DNA of 64,000 bases, taken from the NCBI GenBank assembly GCA_036394995.1, contig DASWED010000089.1:2042-66041 (forward strand), read 5' to 3'. The notes under the pieces were generated by a model that was not told where the DNA came from, made no database searches, and worked only from the letters and a program-made list of their open reading frames with translations. How positions within the stretch are numbered: position 1 is the first letter of the stretch; each line of letters opens with the position of its first letter. The position numbers were made by a program, and so were the translations under genes. This DNA comes from Actinomycetota bacterium. Its GTDB lineage: Bacteria; Actinomycetota; UBA4738; JACQTL01. Shown here in pieces: positions 45,247-54,519 of the stretch.

Positions 45247-46164
45247 ATGGCGATCAAGGGCAAGGGCAGGGCGAGATCGGGCCGGCGGGCCGTGGCCAGG
45301 GGTCCCAAGCCCGGGTACGTCGAGCCGCCGAAGCCGCTGTTCCGCCGGAGATGGTTCCGGTGGACCGCCCTCGCCGTGCTGGTGGCCGGAGTGCTGGCCA
45401 TCGTGCTCTCCGCGCTGCTGATCACCGCATCGAACAACCGCAAGGAGGCGAAGGCGGCGGCCGCGCTCAAGCGTCAGCAGCAGCAGGCGGCGCGCGTCAA
45501 CCGGTTCGCGCTCCCCGTGACCCAAGCCCTGCAGAACGTGGTGGTCGCCACCGCGCCGGGGACGGTCGTGCGGGACTTCCCGGACCTCCCCAAGTCGTTC
45601 AGGGACCTCCGCAGCGGCGCGCTCTCGGACGAGGACGCCACCGCGAAGGGCGAGGAGGTCACGGCGAACGCGACGGCGGCCGCCAAGGTCCTGGCCGGCC
45701 TCAACGTCTCGGACATGGTCAGGGGGTTCCCCCAGATCACCGGGCTCATCGACGCGCGCCAGTACATGCTGTCCTCGCTCCAGCTGTACGAGCAGATCGG
45801 GAATGGCCTGGGCCTGGCCGCCGGCGCCACCGGTGACGAGCGGGAGGCGCTGATCACGCAGTACCTGGTGCTCATCCCCACCGCGTCGGAGCTGTTCCAG
45901 AACGGCTATCAGAAGATGGTGAACGCCGAGCTGGCGTCGAAGGTGCAGCCGGTCCAGCCTCCGGCGCCGAGCCCGGTGCCGTCCGCCTCGCCGTCCGTCT
46001 CGCCGTCCGTCTCGCCGACACCCTCGCCGGCTGTGAGCGTGACTCCGCCGCCGTCGCCCACACCTTCGCAGAAGCCGTCGCCGAAGCCGAGCGCCTCGAA
46101 GAAGGCCTCGGGCGGCGGCGGGGGCGGGAAGGCGTCACCCAAACCCTCGCCGTCGGCGAGCTGA
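45247..46164 (+). CDS. Membrane-anchored hypothetical protein with a Pro/Ser-rich C-terminal tail
   Basis: Basic N-terminus, one TM (WTALAVLVAGVLAIVLSALLI), a helical domain, then PSPVPSASPSVSPSVSPTPSP...KPSPKPS. Confidence 0.65.
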   Translation: MAIKGKGRARSGRRAVARGPKPGYVEPPKPLFRRRWFRWTALAVLVAGVLAIVLSALLITASNNRKEAKAAAALKRQQQQAARVNRFALPVTQALQNVVVATAPGTVVRDFPDLPKSFRDLRSGALSDEDATAKGEEVTANATAAAKVLAGLNVSDMVRGFPQITGLIDARQYMLSSLQLYEQIGNGLGLAAGATGDEREALITQYLVLIPTASELFQNGYQKMVNAELASKVQPVQPPAPSPVPSASPSVSPSVSPTPSPAVSVTPPPSPTPSQKPSPKPSASKKASGGGGGGKASPKPSPSAS

Positions 46165-46171
46165 GGGCTCC

Positions 46172-47083
46172 ATGGCGCCCCGGGTCGTCGTCCTGGTCAA
46201 TCCCTCGAGCGGCCGGGGCCGGTCCGGGAGGCTCCTGCCCCGGGTACGGGAGGCCATCGCCGCGGCCGGGCTCGACGCCGAGATCCGCGTGTCGGTCTCG
46301 GCGGAGGACCCCCCGCGGGTGGCCCGGGAGTGCGTGGAGGCCGGCGTGGGGATCGTCGCCGCCATGGGCGGAGACGGCATGACAGGGATGGTCGGCGCCG
46401 TGCTGATCGGCACCGACACCGCGCTGGGGGTCATCCCCACCGGAACCGGGAACGACTTCGCCCGGTTCATCGGCCTGAACCGTAAGAAGCCGCTGGAGGC
46501 CGTCCGGACCCTGGCCGACCCCGATATCCGGGCCATCGATGCCGTGCGGGTGACGGGTGGGGGTCGCGAGGAGCGGTTCGTCAACGTGGCCGGGGCCGGT
46601 TTCGACTCGGAGGTCAACGAGACCGCCAACGACATGACGTGGAAGGTCCAGGGCACCGCCAAGTACGTGGCCGCCGTGGTGAAGACCCTCCGACGGTTCA
46701 CGGCCGCCCAGTTCGAGGTCACGGTGGACGGGGAGTCCCGATCCCTGTCCGGGATGCTCATCGCCGTGGGGAACGGCCAGTCCTACGGGGGCGGGATGAA
46801 GGTGGTGCCGAACGCCTCGCTCACCGACGGCCAGCTCGAGGTGTGCGTGGTGGGCGGGATGTCGAAGGGCCAGTTCCTGCGGGCCTTCCCGAAGGTGTTC
46901 CGGGGGACTCACGTGAGCCATCCCAAGGTCACGATGCTCCGGGGGGCGCGAGTGGAGATCTCCGCCGACCGGGGGTTCGACGTGTACGCCGACGGGGAAC
47001 GTTCGGTTCCGTTGCCGGCGGTGTTCGAGGTCATGCCCGGGGCCCTGAAGGTGGCCGTGCCGAGGGGCGCCGTGATCCCCTGA
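46172..47083 (+). CDS. Diacylglycerol-kinase-family lipid kinase (YegS/LCB5-like)
   Basis: DAGK catalytic-domain motifs MGGDGMTG and VIPTGTGNDFAR. Confidence 0.85.
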   Translation: MAPRVVVLVNPSSGRGRSGRLLPRVREAIAAAGLDAEIRVSVSAEDPPRVARECVEAGVGIVAAMGGDGMTGMVGAVLIGTDTALGVIPTGTGNDFARFIGLNRKKPLEAVRTLADPDIRAIDAVRVTGGGREERFVNVAGAGFDSEVNETANDMTWKVQGTAKYVAAVVKTLRRFTAAQFEVTVDGESRSLSGMLIAVGNGQSYGGGMKVVPNASLTDGQLEVCVVGGMSKGQFLRAFPKVFRGTHVSHPKVTMLRGARVEISADRGFDVYADGERSVPLPAVFEVMPGALKVAVPRGAVIP

Positions 47084-47123
47084 CCGCCCCGCCGGCCCGT
47101 GGTACGAGAGGAGACTGATCGCC

Positions 47124-47861
47124 ATGACCGACGCCCTGCTGCTGATCCACGCGTTCCCGCTCGACGCCTCGATGTGGGAGCCCCAGGTCGAATCACTGAC
47201 CGATCCGCTCATGGTCCTGGCCCCGAACCTCCCGGGATTCGGGGGCGCCGAGGGCGTGGGGAACGTCATGACGATGGGCGACGCCGCGAGCGCGTGCCTC
47301 CGGGCCCTGGACGAGGCGGGGGCCGACCGGGCCGTGGTGTGCGGGCTGTCCATGGGGGGCTACGTCGCGTTCGAGCTGTGGCGGCAGGTGCCCGACCGCG
47401 TGGCCGGACTGGTGCTGGCGAACACCCGGGCCGGAGCGGACGACGACGCGGGCCGGGAGCGCCGGCTGGCCCTGGCGTCGCGCCTTGACGCCGAGGGCAA
47501 TGGGTTCCTGGTGGAATCGCCCCCGCCGCTGCTCTCCGAGGGCGCCGACGACGGCCTGTGGGGAGCGGTGAAGGCAACCATCGCCGCCCAGCCCGCCGCA
47601 TCGATCGCCGCGGCCAACCGCGGGATGGCCCAGCGTCCCGACTCCAGGGGCGACCTGGCCGCGATCACCGTCCCGACGATGGTGGTGACCTCGACCGGCG
47701 ACACGCTGATCCCGCAGTCGGCCACCATTCCCATGGCCGACCAGATCCCGGACGCCCAGCTCGAGATCATCGACGGCGCCGGCCACCTGTCGAACGTGGA
47801 GGCCCCCGGCGAGTTCACCCTGATCCTGGAGCGCCACCTCACCCTGTGCGGCCTGCTGTAG
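47124..47861 (+). CDS. Alpha/beta hydrolase
   Basis: Nucleophile elbow GLSMGG and a C-terminal GHLSNVE His motif. Confidence 0.85.
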   Translation: MTDALLLIHAFPLDASMWEPQVESLTDPLMVLAPNLPGFGGAEGVGNVMTMGDAASACLRALDEAGADRAVVCGLSMGGYVAFELWRQVPDRVAGLVLANTRAGADDDAGRERRLALASRLDAEGNGFLVESPPPLLSEGADDGLWGAVKATIAAQPAASIAAANRGMAQRPDSRGDLAAITVPTMVVTSTGDTLIPQSATIPMADQIPDAQLEIIDGAGHLSNVEAPGEFTLILERHLTLCGLL

Positions 47862-47880
47862 GGCAGGTCCGCTCAGAGGG

Positions 47881-48924
47881 TCAGCGCAGCGTCCAGGCCA
47901 TGACGCCCCAGAACGGCACGACGTTGTCGGCGCAGTCTGGGCAGTAGTCGGGGAGCCGGTCGATCTCGAGGCTGATCACGGGGACGTCGTGGTGGGTGAC
48001 GTCGATGAAGTACCGGTCGCCCTGACGGTCGGTGACGTGCCACGTGAACGGCTCCAGGGTCCAGCCGGAGTTGGATTCGGCGTCGGAGAAGTCCTTCGGC
48101 GGGTGGAGGTACCAGTCCCGCCACTCGGCGGCGAACTCCGGCCACGGGTGGGCCGCCTCGACCTCGGGCGGGAGGTTGATGGCCCAGAACTCGCACATCC
48201 GGGCCTGGCTCAGCGGCCCCATGACGTCGGTCATGACGCTCTCCAGGTGGTCGCCCTGCAGCTGTTCGCGCTGGGGCGGGCAATCCGGGTCCCCGCCGAA
48301 CAGCGGGAGTGGGTCGCCGCCGCATTCCGGCTGCGGATAGCGGAACCGGGCGGAGGCCTCGAGCCGCCTGGTTCCGTCGTCCGCGACGACGACCTGGTCG
48401 CCGGTGAGGCGCTCGAAGTGCTCTCCCAGCACCGCCAGCACCGAGTCGGGCTGGGCGGGAGGGGGACGGGGGGAGGCGCCCATCGGACCGCTCATCATCA
48501 AGTTGTCGAAGACCGGGCGCACGACGATCGTGAACTCGAAGCCGGCGCTGTCGCCGACCGCCCCCACCAGGTTGTTGCAGGAGCCCTCGCCGACCGGGAT
48601 CACGATCATCCCGTGGCGGATCTCGTCACAGCATGTGAACCCGTGACCCACCGGCGATCCGAACTTCGGCCCGTACGAGACGTCGATGAGCTCGTAGACA
48701 GTGCCGTCGGGCAGGTTCGTCCGGACCTCGACACGGTTGCCGTCGTCTCCCGTGAGGATGTCCGGGGAGAACTCGATGAACGAGTCCTCCGGTCCGGATG
48801 CCTCGGGCGACGGAGCCTGGGAGGCCTCCGCCGAAGCCTCCGGCGAGCTCACGGCCTGATGGCGTCCGCCGGCAGCGTTCCTCACGTGGACGGCGGTCCA
48901 GCCGATGACGGCAGCAGCCGACAT
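47881..48924 (-). CDS. Hypothetical Cys-rich protein; the N-terminal signal-anchor appears split off by a frame break
   Basis: 347-aa ORF with coding-like composition and no recognisable domain. Upstream of ATG 48924 the same frame encodes RRSRFAARAVTALLAVAV (a TM-like segment) without any start. An SD-preceded ATG at 48988 is in another frame. Confidence 0.65.
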   Translation of the reverse strand: MSAAAVIGWTAVHVRNAAGGRHQAVSSPEASAEASQAPSPEASGPEDSFIEFSPDILTGDDGNRVEVRTNLPDGTVYELIDVSYGPKFGSPVGHGFTCCDEIRHGMIVIPVGEGSCNNLVGAVGDSAGFEFTIVVRPVFDNLMMSGPMGASPRPPPAQPDSVLAVLGEHFERLTGDQVVVADDGTRRLEASARFRYPQPECGGDPLPLFGGDPDCPPQREQLQGDHLESVMTDVMGPLSQARMCEFWAINLPPEVEAAHPWPEFAAEWRDWYLHPPKDFSDAESNSGWTLEPFTWHVTDRQGDRYFIDVTHHDVPVISLEIDRLPDYCPDCADNVVPFWGVMAWTLR

Positions 48925-49159
48925 GACGGCGACCGCGAGGAGCGCGGTGACCGCACGGGCCGCGAATCTCGACCGTCGTCACGTTCATGCGGACTCTTCC
49001 ACGATCGATTGGGTTCCCTGCCTGCGGCAGGTTGACAGGTGATACGTATCCAGGGGAGCGCGGAGCCTCATTCGCGCCGGCTCCGTGCCGAGCCCTCCAG
49101 CTCGAAGGTCTCCCGGCGACCGGACCTGATCCGACCGGGGCGTCCGTAGACTGGCTCAC

Positions 49160-51826
49160 GTGCCGTCCGATCTCGAACGCTTCCGCGCGCTGTATCCGTT
49201 CCCCCTCGACGACTTCCAGGTCACGGCCATCGGGGCCCTGGACGAGAGGGAGTCGGTGCTGGTGGCCGCCCCGACCGGCTCGGGGAAGACCATCGTGGCG
49301 GAGTACGCGGTGAACCGGGCGCTCGAGGGGGGCCAGAAGGCGTTCTACACCACGCCGCTGAAGGCCCTGTCGAACCAGAAGTTCGGGGACTTCGTGGCCC
49401 GGTACGGCGCGGGCCGGGTGGGCCTGCTCACCGGCGACAACGCGATCAATTCCGAGGCCCCGCTGGTGGTGATGACCACCGAGGTCCTGCGGAACATGCT
49501 GTACGAGCGGTCGTCGACGCTCCAGGGACTCCAGTACGTCGTGATGGACGAGGTCCACTATCTCCAGGATCCCTACCGCGGCGCCGTGTGGGAGGAGGTC
49601 CTGATCCACCTCGCGCTCACGGTGGGCGTCGTGTGCCTGTCCGCCACGGTCAGCAACGCGGAGGAGTTCGGAGAGTGGATCGGCACGCTCCGGGGCCCCA
49701 CCCGTGTGGTGATCGAGGAGCGCCGCCCGGTGCCGCTCGAGCAGCACTACCTGGTGGGGCACGAGCTCCATCCCATGCACTCGGACGTGGACGGCCACCT
49801 GGTCCCGAACCCCTACATCGTCTCGCTCGAGCAGCACGAGCTCCGGCAGAACGTCCGGTACCGGCGGGCGTCCGGGAACCTCCAGCTGTCCCGCCAGTCC
49901 CGGCCCCGCGAGGGCCACCGGCGAGTGTTCGCGCCGCGGCGGGAGGAGGTCGTGGAGGTCCTGTCGGAGCAGGGGATGCTCCCGGCCATCTACTTCGTGT
50001 TCAGCCGGGCGGGATGCGCCCGGAGCGTCGAGTGGCTCATGGAGGCGGGTGTTCGCCTGACGAAGCGGGCCGAGGAGGCACGCATCCGGGAGTTCGCGGA
50101 GATGCGCGCGGCGTGGATGGACGAGGAGGACCTCTCGACGCTGGGGTTCTACGAGTTCCGGGAGGCGCTGGGGAGGGGGATCTCCGCGCACCACGCGGGG
50201 ATGCTCCCGCTGTTCAAGGAGACCGTGGAGGACCTGTTCAAGCAGGGCCTGGTGAAGGTGGTGTTCGCCACGGAGACGCTGTCCCTCGGGATCAACATGC
50301 CCGCGAAGACCGTCGTCATCGACGACGTGGTGAAGTTCCAGGGCGAGCGCCACGAGATGCTCACGCCGGGGGAGTACACGCAGCTCACCGGGCGCGCGGG
50401 GCGCCGGGGGATCGACCCGCTAGGGCACGCCGTGGTCGTGTACCAGACCCGTCCGGACGTCACGTTCGAGCGGATCGCGTCCCTCGCGTCCACGCGAACG
50501 TACGAGCTGACCTCGTCGTTCCGGCCCTCCTACAACATGGCCGTGAACCTGGTCCGCAACTACACGCGGGCGGAGGCCCACCATCTGCTGAACTCATCGT
50601 TCGCCCAGTTCCTGGCGGACCGCGGAGTGGTGGCCATCGAACGGGACCTCGAGCGCCGCCGGGCCTCCGTCGACGGGTACCGGGAGAAGATGGCGTGTCA
50701 CCTGGGGGACTTCGCCGAGTACTGGGGTCTCCGGGAGCGGGCCGACCGGATCCGCGACGAGGCCCGCCGGGGGCGGCGGGAGGCCCTGGTCGCATCGGTC
50801 CGGGATGCCCTCGGCGCGCTGAAGCCCGGGGACGTGGTGTTCGTGCCGGCGGCCCGCCGGCGGGGTCTGGCCGTGGTGGTGGCGAGCCGGGAGGGGCGGC
50901 CCACGGTGCTCACGCAGTCACGGAGGATCGTCCGGCTGGGGCCGAATGACTTCCCCGATCCGCCGGAGGTGGTCACCCGGATCCCGCCGCCGCGGGGGAG
51001 CGTCCGGAGCAAGCGGGTCCAGCGTGACCTGGCGGCCCGCATGGCCACGCTGGAGTTCCGCCCCCCCAAGCACCGCCGGGAGCGGCTCGACCAGAAGGCC
51101 ATGGCGAGGGCCCGCGAGCTGGAGGAGCGGGCCGAGCAGCACCCGTGCCACGCCTGCCCCGACCGGGCCGCGCACGAACGGTGGGCCGTCCGGGCCTCGG
51201 CGCTGGAGCGCGAGATCTCCGGGCTGGACCGCCGCATCCGTGCGAAGACCGAGACCGTGGCCCGGCAGTTCGACCGCGTCCTCCGGGTCCTCGACGAGCT
51301 GGGGTACGTGCAGGGCTTCTCGATCCGGCCGAAGGGCGACATGCTGGCCCGGATCTACGGCGAGGGCGACATCCTCATGGCCGAATGCCTGTCCCGGGGC
51401 GTGTTCGAGGGGCTGTCGCCGGCGGAGTTCGCCGCGCTGGTCTCCACCGTGGTCTACGAGCACCGGGGACGGGAGCGTGCCCCGATCTCCGCGCACCTCC
51501 CGACCGCGCTCACCGAGGACCGCTACCGGCGACTGCTCCAGATGTACCGGGCGATCCGCCGGGCCGAGGACCAGAACAACGTCGAGCTGTGCCGCGAGCC
51601 CGACGCGGGATTCGCCACCACGATCTTCCACTGGGCCGAGGGCAAGCCCCTGGAGGACGTGCTCATCGAGATGGACATGGCCCCCGGCGACTTCGTCCGG
51701 AGCTGCAAGCTCCTGATCGACCTGCTCCGGCAGCTCGAGGGGGTCGCTCCCGCCGAGACGGCGTCCCTGGCCCGGCGGGCCAGGGACGCCGTGAACCGGA
51801 GTGTGGTCGCCTACACCGGCGTCTAA
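49160..51826 (+). CDS. helY: Ski2-like DEAD/DEAH-box RNA helicase HelY
   Basis: Walker A APTGSGKT, the DEVH box (VMDEVHYL), a helicase C domain, a C-terminal DSHCT-like region, and the conserved position after tatC. Confidence 0.9.
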   Translation: MPSDLERFRALYPFPLDDFQVTAIGALDERESVLVAAPTGSGKTIVAEYAVNRALEGGQKAFYTTPLKALSNQKFGDFVARYGAGRVGLLTGDNAINSEAPLVVMTTEVLRNMLYERSSTLQGLQYVVMDEVHYLQDPYRGAVWEEVLIHLALTVGVVCLSATVSNAEEFGEWIGTLRGPTRVVIEERRPVPLEQHYLVGHELHPMHSDVDGHLVPNPYIVSLEQHELRQNVRYRRASGNLQLSRQSRPREGHRRVFAPRREEVVEVLSEQGMLPAIYFVFSRAGCARSVEWLMEAGVRLTKRAEEARIREFAEMRAAWMDEEDLSTLGFYEFREALGRGISAHHAGMLPLFKETVEDLFKQGLVKVVFATETLSLGINMPAKTVVIDDVVKFQGERHEMLTPGEYTQLTGRAGRRGIDPLGHAVVVYQTRPDVTFERIASLASTRTYELTSSFRPSYNMAVNLVRNYTRAEAHHLLNSSFAQFLADRGVVAIERDLERRRASVDGYREKMACHLGDFAEYWGLRERADRIRDEARRGRREALVASVRDALGALKPGDVVFVPAARRRGLAVVVASREGRPTVLTQSRRIVRLGPNDFPDPPEVVTRIPPPRGSVRSKRVQRDLAARMATLEFRPPKHRRERLDQKAMARARELEERAEQHPCHACPDRAAHERWAVRASALEREISGLDRRIRAKTETVARQFDRVLRVLDELGYVQGFSIRPKGDMLARIYGEGDILMAECLSRGVFEGLSPAEFAALVSTVVYEHRGRERAPISAHLPTALTEDRYRRLLQMYRAIRRAEDQNNVELCREPDAGFATTIFHWAEGKPLEDVLIEMDMAPGDFVRSCKLLIDLLRQLEGVAPAETASLARRARDAVNRSVVAYTGV

Positions 51827-52599
51827 GGCCACCACGTGATGATGGCGTACCCAAGGTCGCCGTACCCGGCGCCGTTCCTGATCGTGGAGTCCAGGGCCCA
51901 GGGCAGGTAGAGGCGTCCACCGCCGCGTCCACCACTCCCGAATCCCATCCCCACCGAGCCGGGGGTCGGCTCGCCTCCGTCTCCGGAGTAGCCGTTGCCG
52001 AAGGCGTTTTGCCCGCGACCACCCGACCACGCCAGCGCGCTCGTGCCGCCGTTGTTCACGGTGTTCCCGCCGAATCCGCCCTGCCCCTGCGCCGTGGAGG
52101 TCCCGTTGGTGCCCGGGCGACCGCCCAACGCCGCGACCAGAACGCTCTTCTTCTCGAGGAGCGCCGTCCGGCTCCCCGGCTGCGCCAGCCCCGAGCCGGA
52201 GCAGCCGGCGGCCGTCGGCGAGACGACGACGGTGTACGCGAAGCCCGACGACACCGGGACGAACGCCCGGATGTACCCGCCGGCCCCGCCGCCCCCGCCG
52301 CCCTTCCCGCTCGACCCACCGGAGCAGCCGCCGCCGCCCCCTCCGCCCCACAGCTCGACCATGACGCTCGTCACGCCGTCGGGTGGAGTCCAGTCGGTCT
52401 GCTCGGCCTGGAACACCTGGATGCCCCCGCCGGGAGCCGGCCCCGCGTGCACAGGCGCGGTGCCGCGAACGGCGGGCCACGCCAGGAGCGCTGCGGCCGC
52501 CAACACGACCGCGGCGACGGTCCCGGTCGCCCTCCAGGCCGCGCCGCGGCCGCCTCGCGACCGGCGGCGCCGTGCTGCCCGGCCCTCGTCTCGCTGCAT
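51823..52599 (-). CDS. Glycine-rich secreted or anchored protein
   Basis: ATG 52599 follows AGAGGAGGA. Basic N-terminus plus hydrophobic segment (RRRRSRGG...TVAAVVLAAAALLAW), then WGGGGGGGCSGGSSGKGGGGGGAGGY and further Gly-rich beta-like segments. Its stop overlaps the helY stop (CTAA). Confidence 0.65.
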   Translation of the reverse strand: MQRDEGRAARRRRSRGGRGAAWRATGTVAAVVLAAAALLAWPAVRGTAPVHAGPAPGGGIQVFQAEQTDWTPPDGVTSVMVELWGGGGGGGCSGGSSGKGGGGGGAGGYIRAFVPVSSGFAYTVVVSPTAAGCSGSGLAQPGSRTALLEKKSVLVAALGGRPGTNGTSTAQGQGGFGGNTVNNGGTSALAWSGGRGQNAFGNGYSGDGGEPTPGSVGMGFGSGGRGGGRLYLPWALDSTIRNGAGYGDLGYAIITWWP

Positions 52600-52863
52600 G
52601 GTTCCTCCTCTCATCGTGCGTCGGAGCGATGATGGAGCGGCAGCGGCGCCGGACGACTTGACCGGAAGGGACGAAGCCCTCCTCCCAAGAGCCAGGTTTC
52701 TCCACCGTCCATCGGGGATTCGATCCCCTGAGAGCCCGTCGCGTGTAGGCGATTCGGAAAATCGATCCCTCCAGTTCGGCAAGGCGAGGGGGGTTGGGGC
52801 CGCGCGGTCGAGACCGACCTCCGAGCGGGTCGGATCTGGGTCTGACCGCAAGCCGAGGGCGCC

Positions 52864-53517
52864 CTACCGGTCGAGCGGGGCGACGCCGAACCCCACCTTG
52901 AACCGGCGGCACCAGATCACGGCGGACCGGAAGCCCTCGACCTCCACCTCCGCCGGGACGAGGTAGTTCTGGCTGCCGACGTTGCCCTTCAGCGCGCCGA
53001 GGTCCACGTACCGGCCCTGGTCCCAGCCGTGCCAGTCGTCGGATGCGGGAAGCTCGGTGAGGTACACGCGCAGATCGGGGCCGTTCGAGGTGTCGAGGTC
53101 CTCGAATCGCAGGTACACAGAGCCGTCGGCCAGGCGCAGGAGCTTCGCCACGCCGGAGGAGTGGTGCTCCAGGCTGCGGAACTCGCCGCTGCCCAGGAGC
53201 ACCGGGCCGGTCGGGGCGGGGGGAGCGGTGGTGGCCGGAGGGGGCGGCCTCGAGGACTTCTGCGAGTGGGCGGGGGAGGGGTCGGTGGACGGATCGGCGG
53301 AGGGCTCCTCGGTGGCCGTGGAGGTGGCGGGCGCCTCCGTGACGGGAGCCGAGGTCCCGCCGGGGCCGGCCGTGGGGAGAGCCTCGTTCACCTTCTGGTC
53401 CAGGAACAGCTTCTGTGGCTCGAACCACAGGACCACGAACACCGCGAGGCCGACCACGGCGACCGCCGCGGCGGTCCACACCCTCGGGCGGCGGCGGATC
53501 GAGGACCTGATGCCCAT
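52864..53517 (-). CDS. DM13-domain protein with N-terminal membrane anchor
   Basis: ATG 53517. TM segment, Pro/Thr linker, then the DM13 pattern (GEFRSLEHHSSG...NGPDLRVYL...LGALKGNVGSQNY...VIWCRRFKVGFGVA). Confidence 0.75.
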   Translation of the reverse strand: MGIRSSIRRRPRVWTAAAVAVVGLAVFVVLWFEPQKLFLDQKVNEALPTAGPGGTSAPVTEAPATSTATEEPSADPSTDPSPAHSQKSSRPPPPATTAPPAPTGPVLLGSGEFRSLEHHSSGVAKLLRLADGSVYLRFEDLDTSNGPDLRVYLTELPASDDWHGWDQGRYVDLGALKGNVGSQNYLVPAEVEVEGFRSAVIWCRRFKVGFGVAPLDR

Positions 53518-53556
53518 GACGCTCCTGGAGTCTCGCGGTGGGGGGCCGCCGTTACC

Positions 53557-54513
53557 ATGGCGCACCGCCATGTCTCGCCGGAGCGTCCCCTGAGCAGCCC
53601 GTTCGGCCCCCTGTACGTGATCGCCAACCCCACCGCGGGCCGGGGACAGGTCGCTCAGCACCTGCCGGAGCTCGAACGGGCCCTGCGGGCCCGCCGGCTG
53701 GACTACCGGATCGTCGAGACCCAGGGGCCCGGCGACGCCGAACGCCTTGCCCGGGAGGCCCTGGGCGGCGGGGAGCGGTTCCTCGTGGCCGTGGGGGGTG
53801 ACGGGACCGTGAACGAGGTCGTGAACGGCATGATGGGGGAGGAGGGGCCGATCGACCCCGAGGCGGTGCTGGGAGTGGTGGCCGCGGGCTCGGGCTGCGA
53901 CTTCGTGAGGACGTTCGGGCTCCCCGGCGACGCCGGCCGGGCCACCGCGATCCTCCAGGGGGACTCCCTGTTCCCGATCGACATCGGGCGCGTCACGTAC
54001 ACGACGGCCGACGGCGGGACCGCCTCCCGGTACTACGCCGGGGTGGCCGAGGCCGGCCTGGGCGGGGCCATGGCCGCGCAGTCCTCTCGGCTGCCCCGGT
54101 CGCTGGGCCGGGGGCGCGACTTCCTGGGGTTCTGGCTCGCCGTCTCGCGGTTCAAGGCGCCGGAGATTCGCATGGTGGTCGGCGACACCGACGTGGGCGG
54201 CGTGGCCTCCGACGTGGTGGTGGCGAACTGCCAGTACCAGAACGGGGGAATGCGGATCTCCCCGAGGTCGTGGCCGGGCGACGGCCTCCTCGACGTCCTG
54301 GTGTTCCGGGGGCCGCGGTCGGAGGCGTTCACCAGGCTTCCCAAGCTGTTCCAGGGGGACTACCTGCCCGATCCGAACGTCGGGGAGTACAAGGGCCGCC
54401 GGATCGCGCTCGACGCGGACCGTCCGATGCCGATCCAGGCCGACGGCGACGTGCTGGGCACGACCCCGGCCACGTTCGAGCTGATCCGCCTCCCGATCCG
54501 CCTGAAGCTCTGA
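53557..54513 (+). CDS. Diacylglycerol-kinase-family lipid kinase (second paralog)
   Basis: VGGDGTVNEV and AAGSGCDFVRTF motifs. ATG 53557. Confidence 0.85.
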   Translation: MAHRHVSPERPLSSPFGPLYVIANPTAGRGQVAQHLPELERALRARRLDYRIVETQGPGDAERLAREALGGGERFLVAVGGDGTVNEVVNGMMGEEGPIDPEAVLGVVAAGSGCDFVRTFGLPGDAGRATAILQGDSLFPIDIGRVTYTTADGGTASRYYAGVAEAGLGGAMAAQSSRLPRSLGRGRDFLGFWLAVSRFKAPEIRMVVGDTDVGGVASDVVVANCQYQNGGMRISPRSWPGDGLLDVLVFRGPRSEAFTRLPKLFQGDYLPDPNVGEYKGRRIALDADRPMPIQADGDVLGTTPATFELIRLPIRLKL

Positions 54514-54519
54514 GGGGCG

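Noticed and set aside
45960-46140. Short periodic nucleotide repeats (also 18360-18540 and 44293-44337) checked as possible CRISPR or tandem-repeat loci
   Set aside because: They are in-frame codon repeats that encode Pro/Ser-rich, Arg/Gly-rich and acidic low-complexity protein tails. There is no repeat-spacer organisation.
49032-49037. Perfect TTGACA -35 hexamer upstream of helY
   Set aside because: No acceptable -10 element sits 16-18 nt downstream (GGAGCG). The nearby TATCCA is only 9 nt away. It was left unannotated.
52714-52728. GGGGATTCGATCCCC hairpin resembling a tRNA T-arm
   Set aside because: No complementary acceptor-stem halves, D-arm or anticodon arm could be found on either strand around it. 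The loop does not fit the TTCRANY T-loop consensus with a 5-bp stem.
52728-52760. CTGAGA-containing stretch reminiscent of a TPP (THI-box) riboswitch on the plus strand
   Set aside because: It lacks the ACCTGATCTGGATAATGCCAGCG-type core. No plus-strand gene lies downstream, and the neighbouring genes are on the minus strand.
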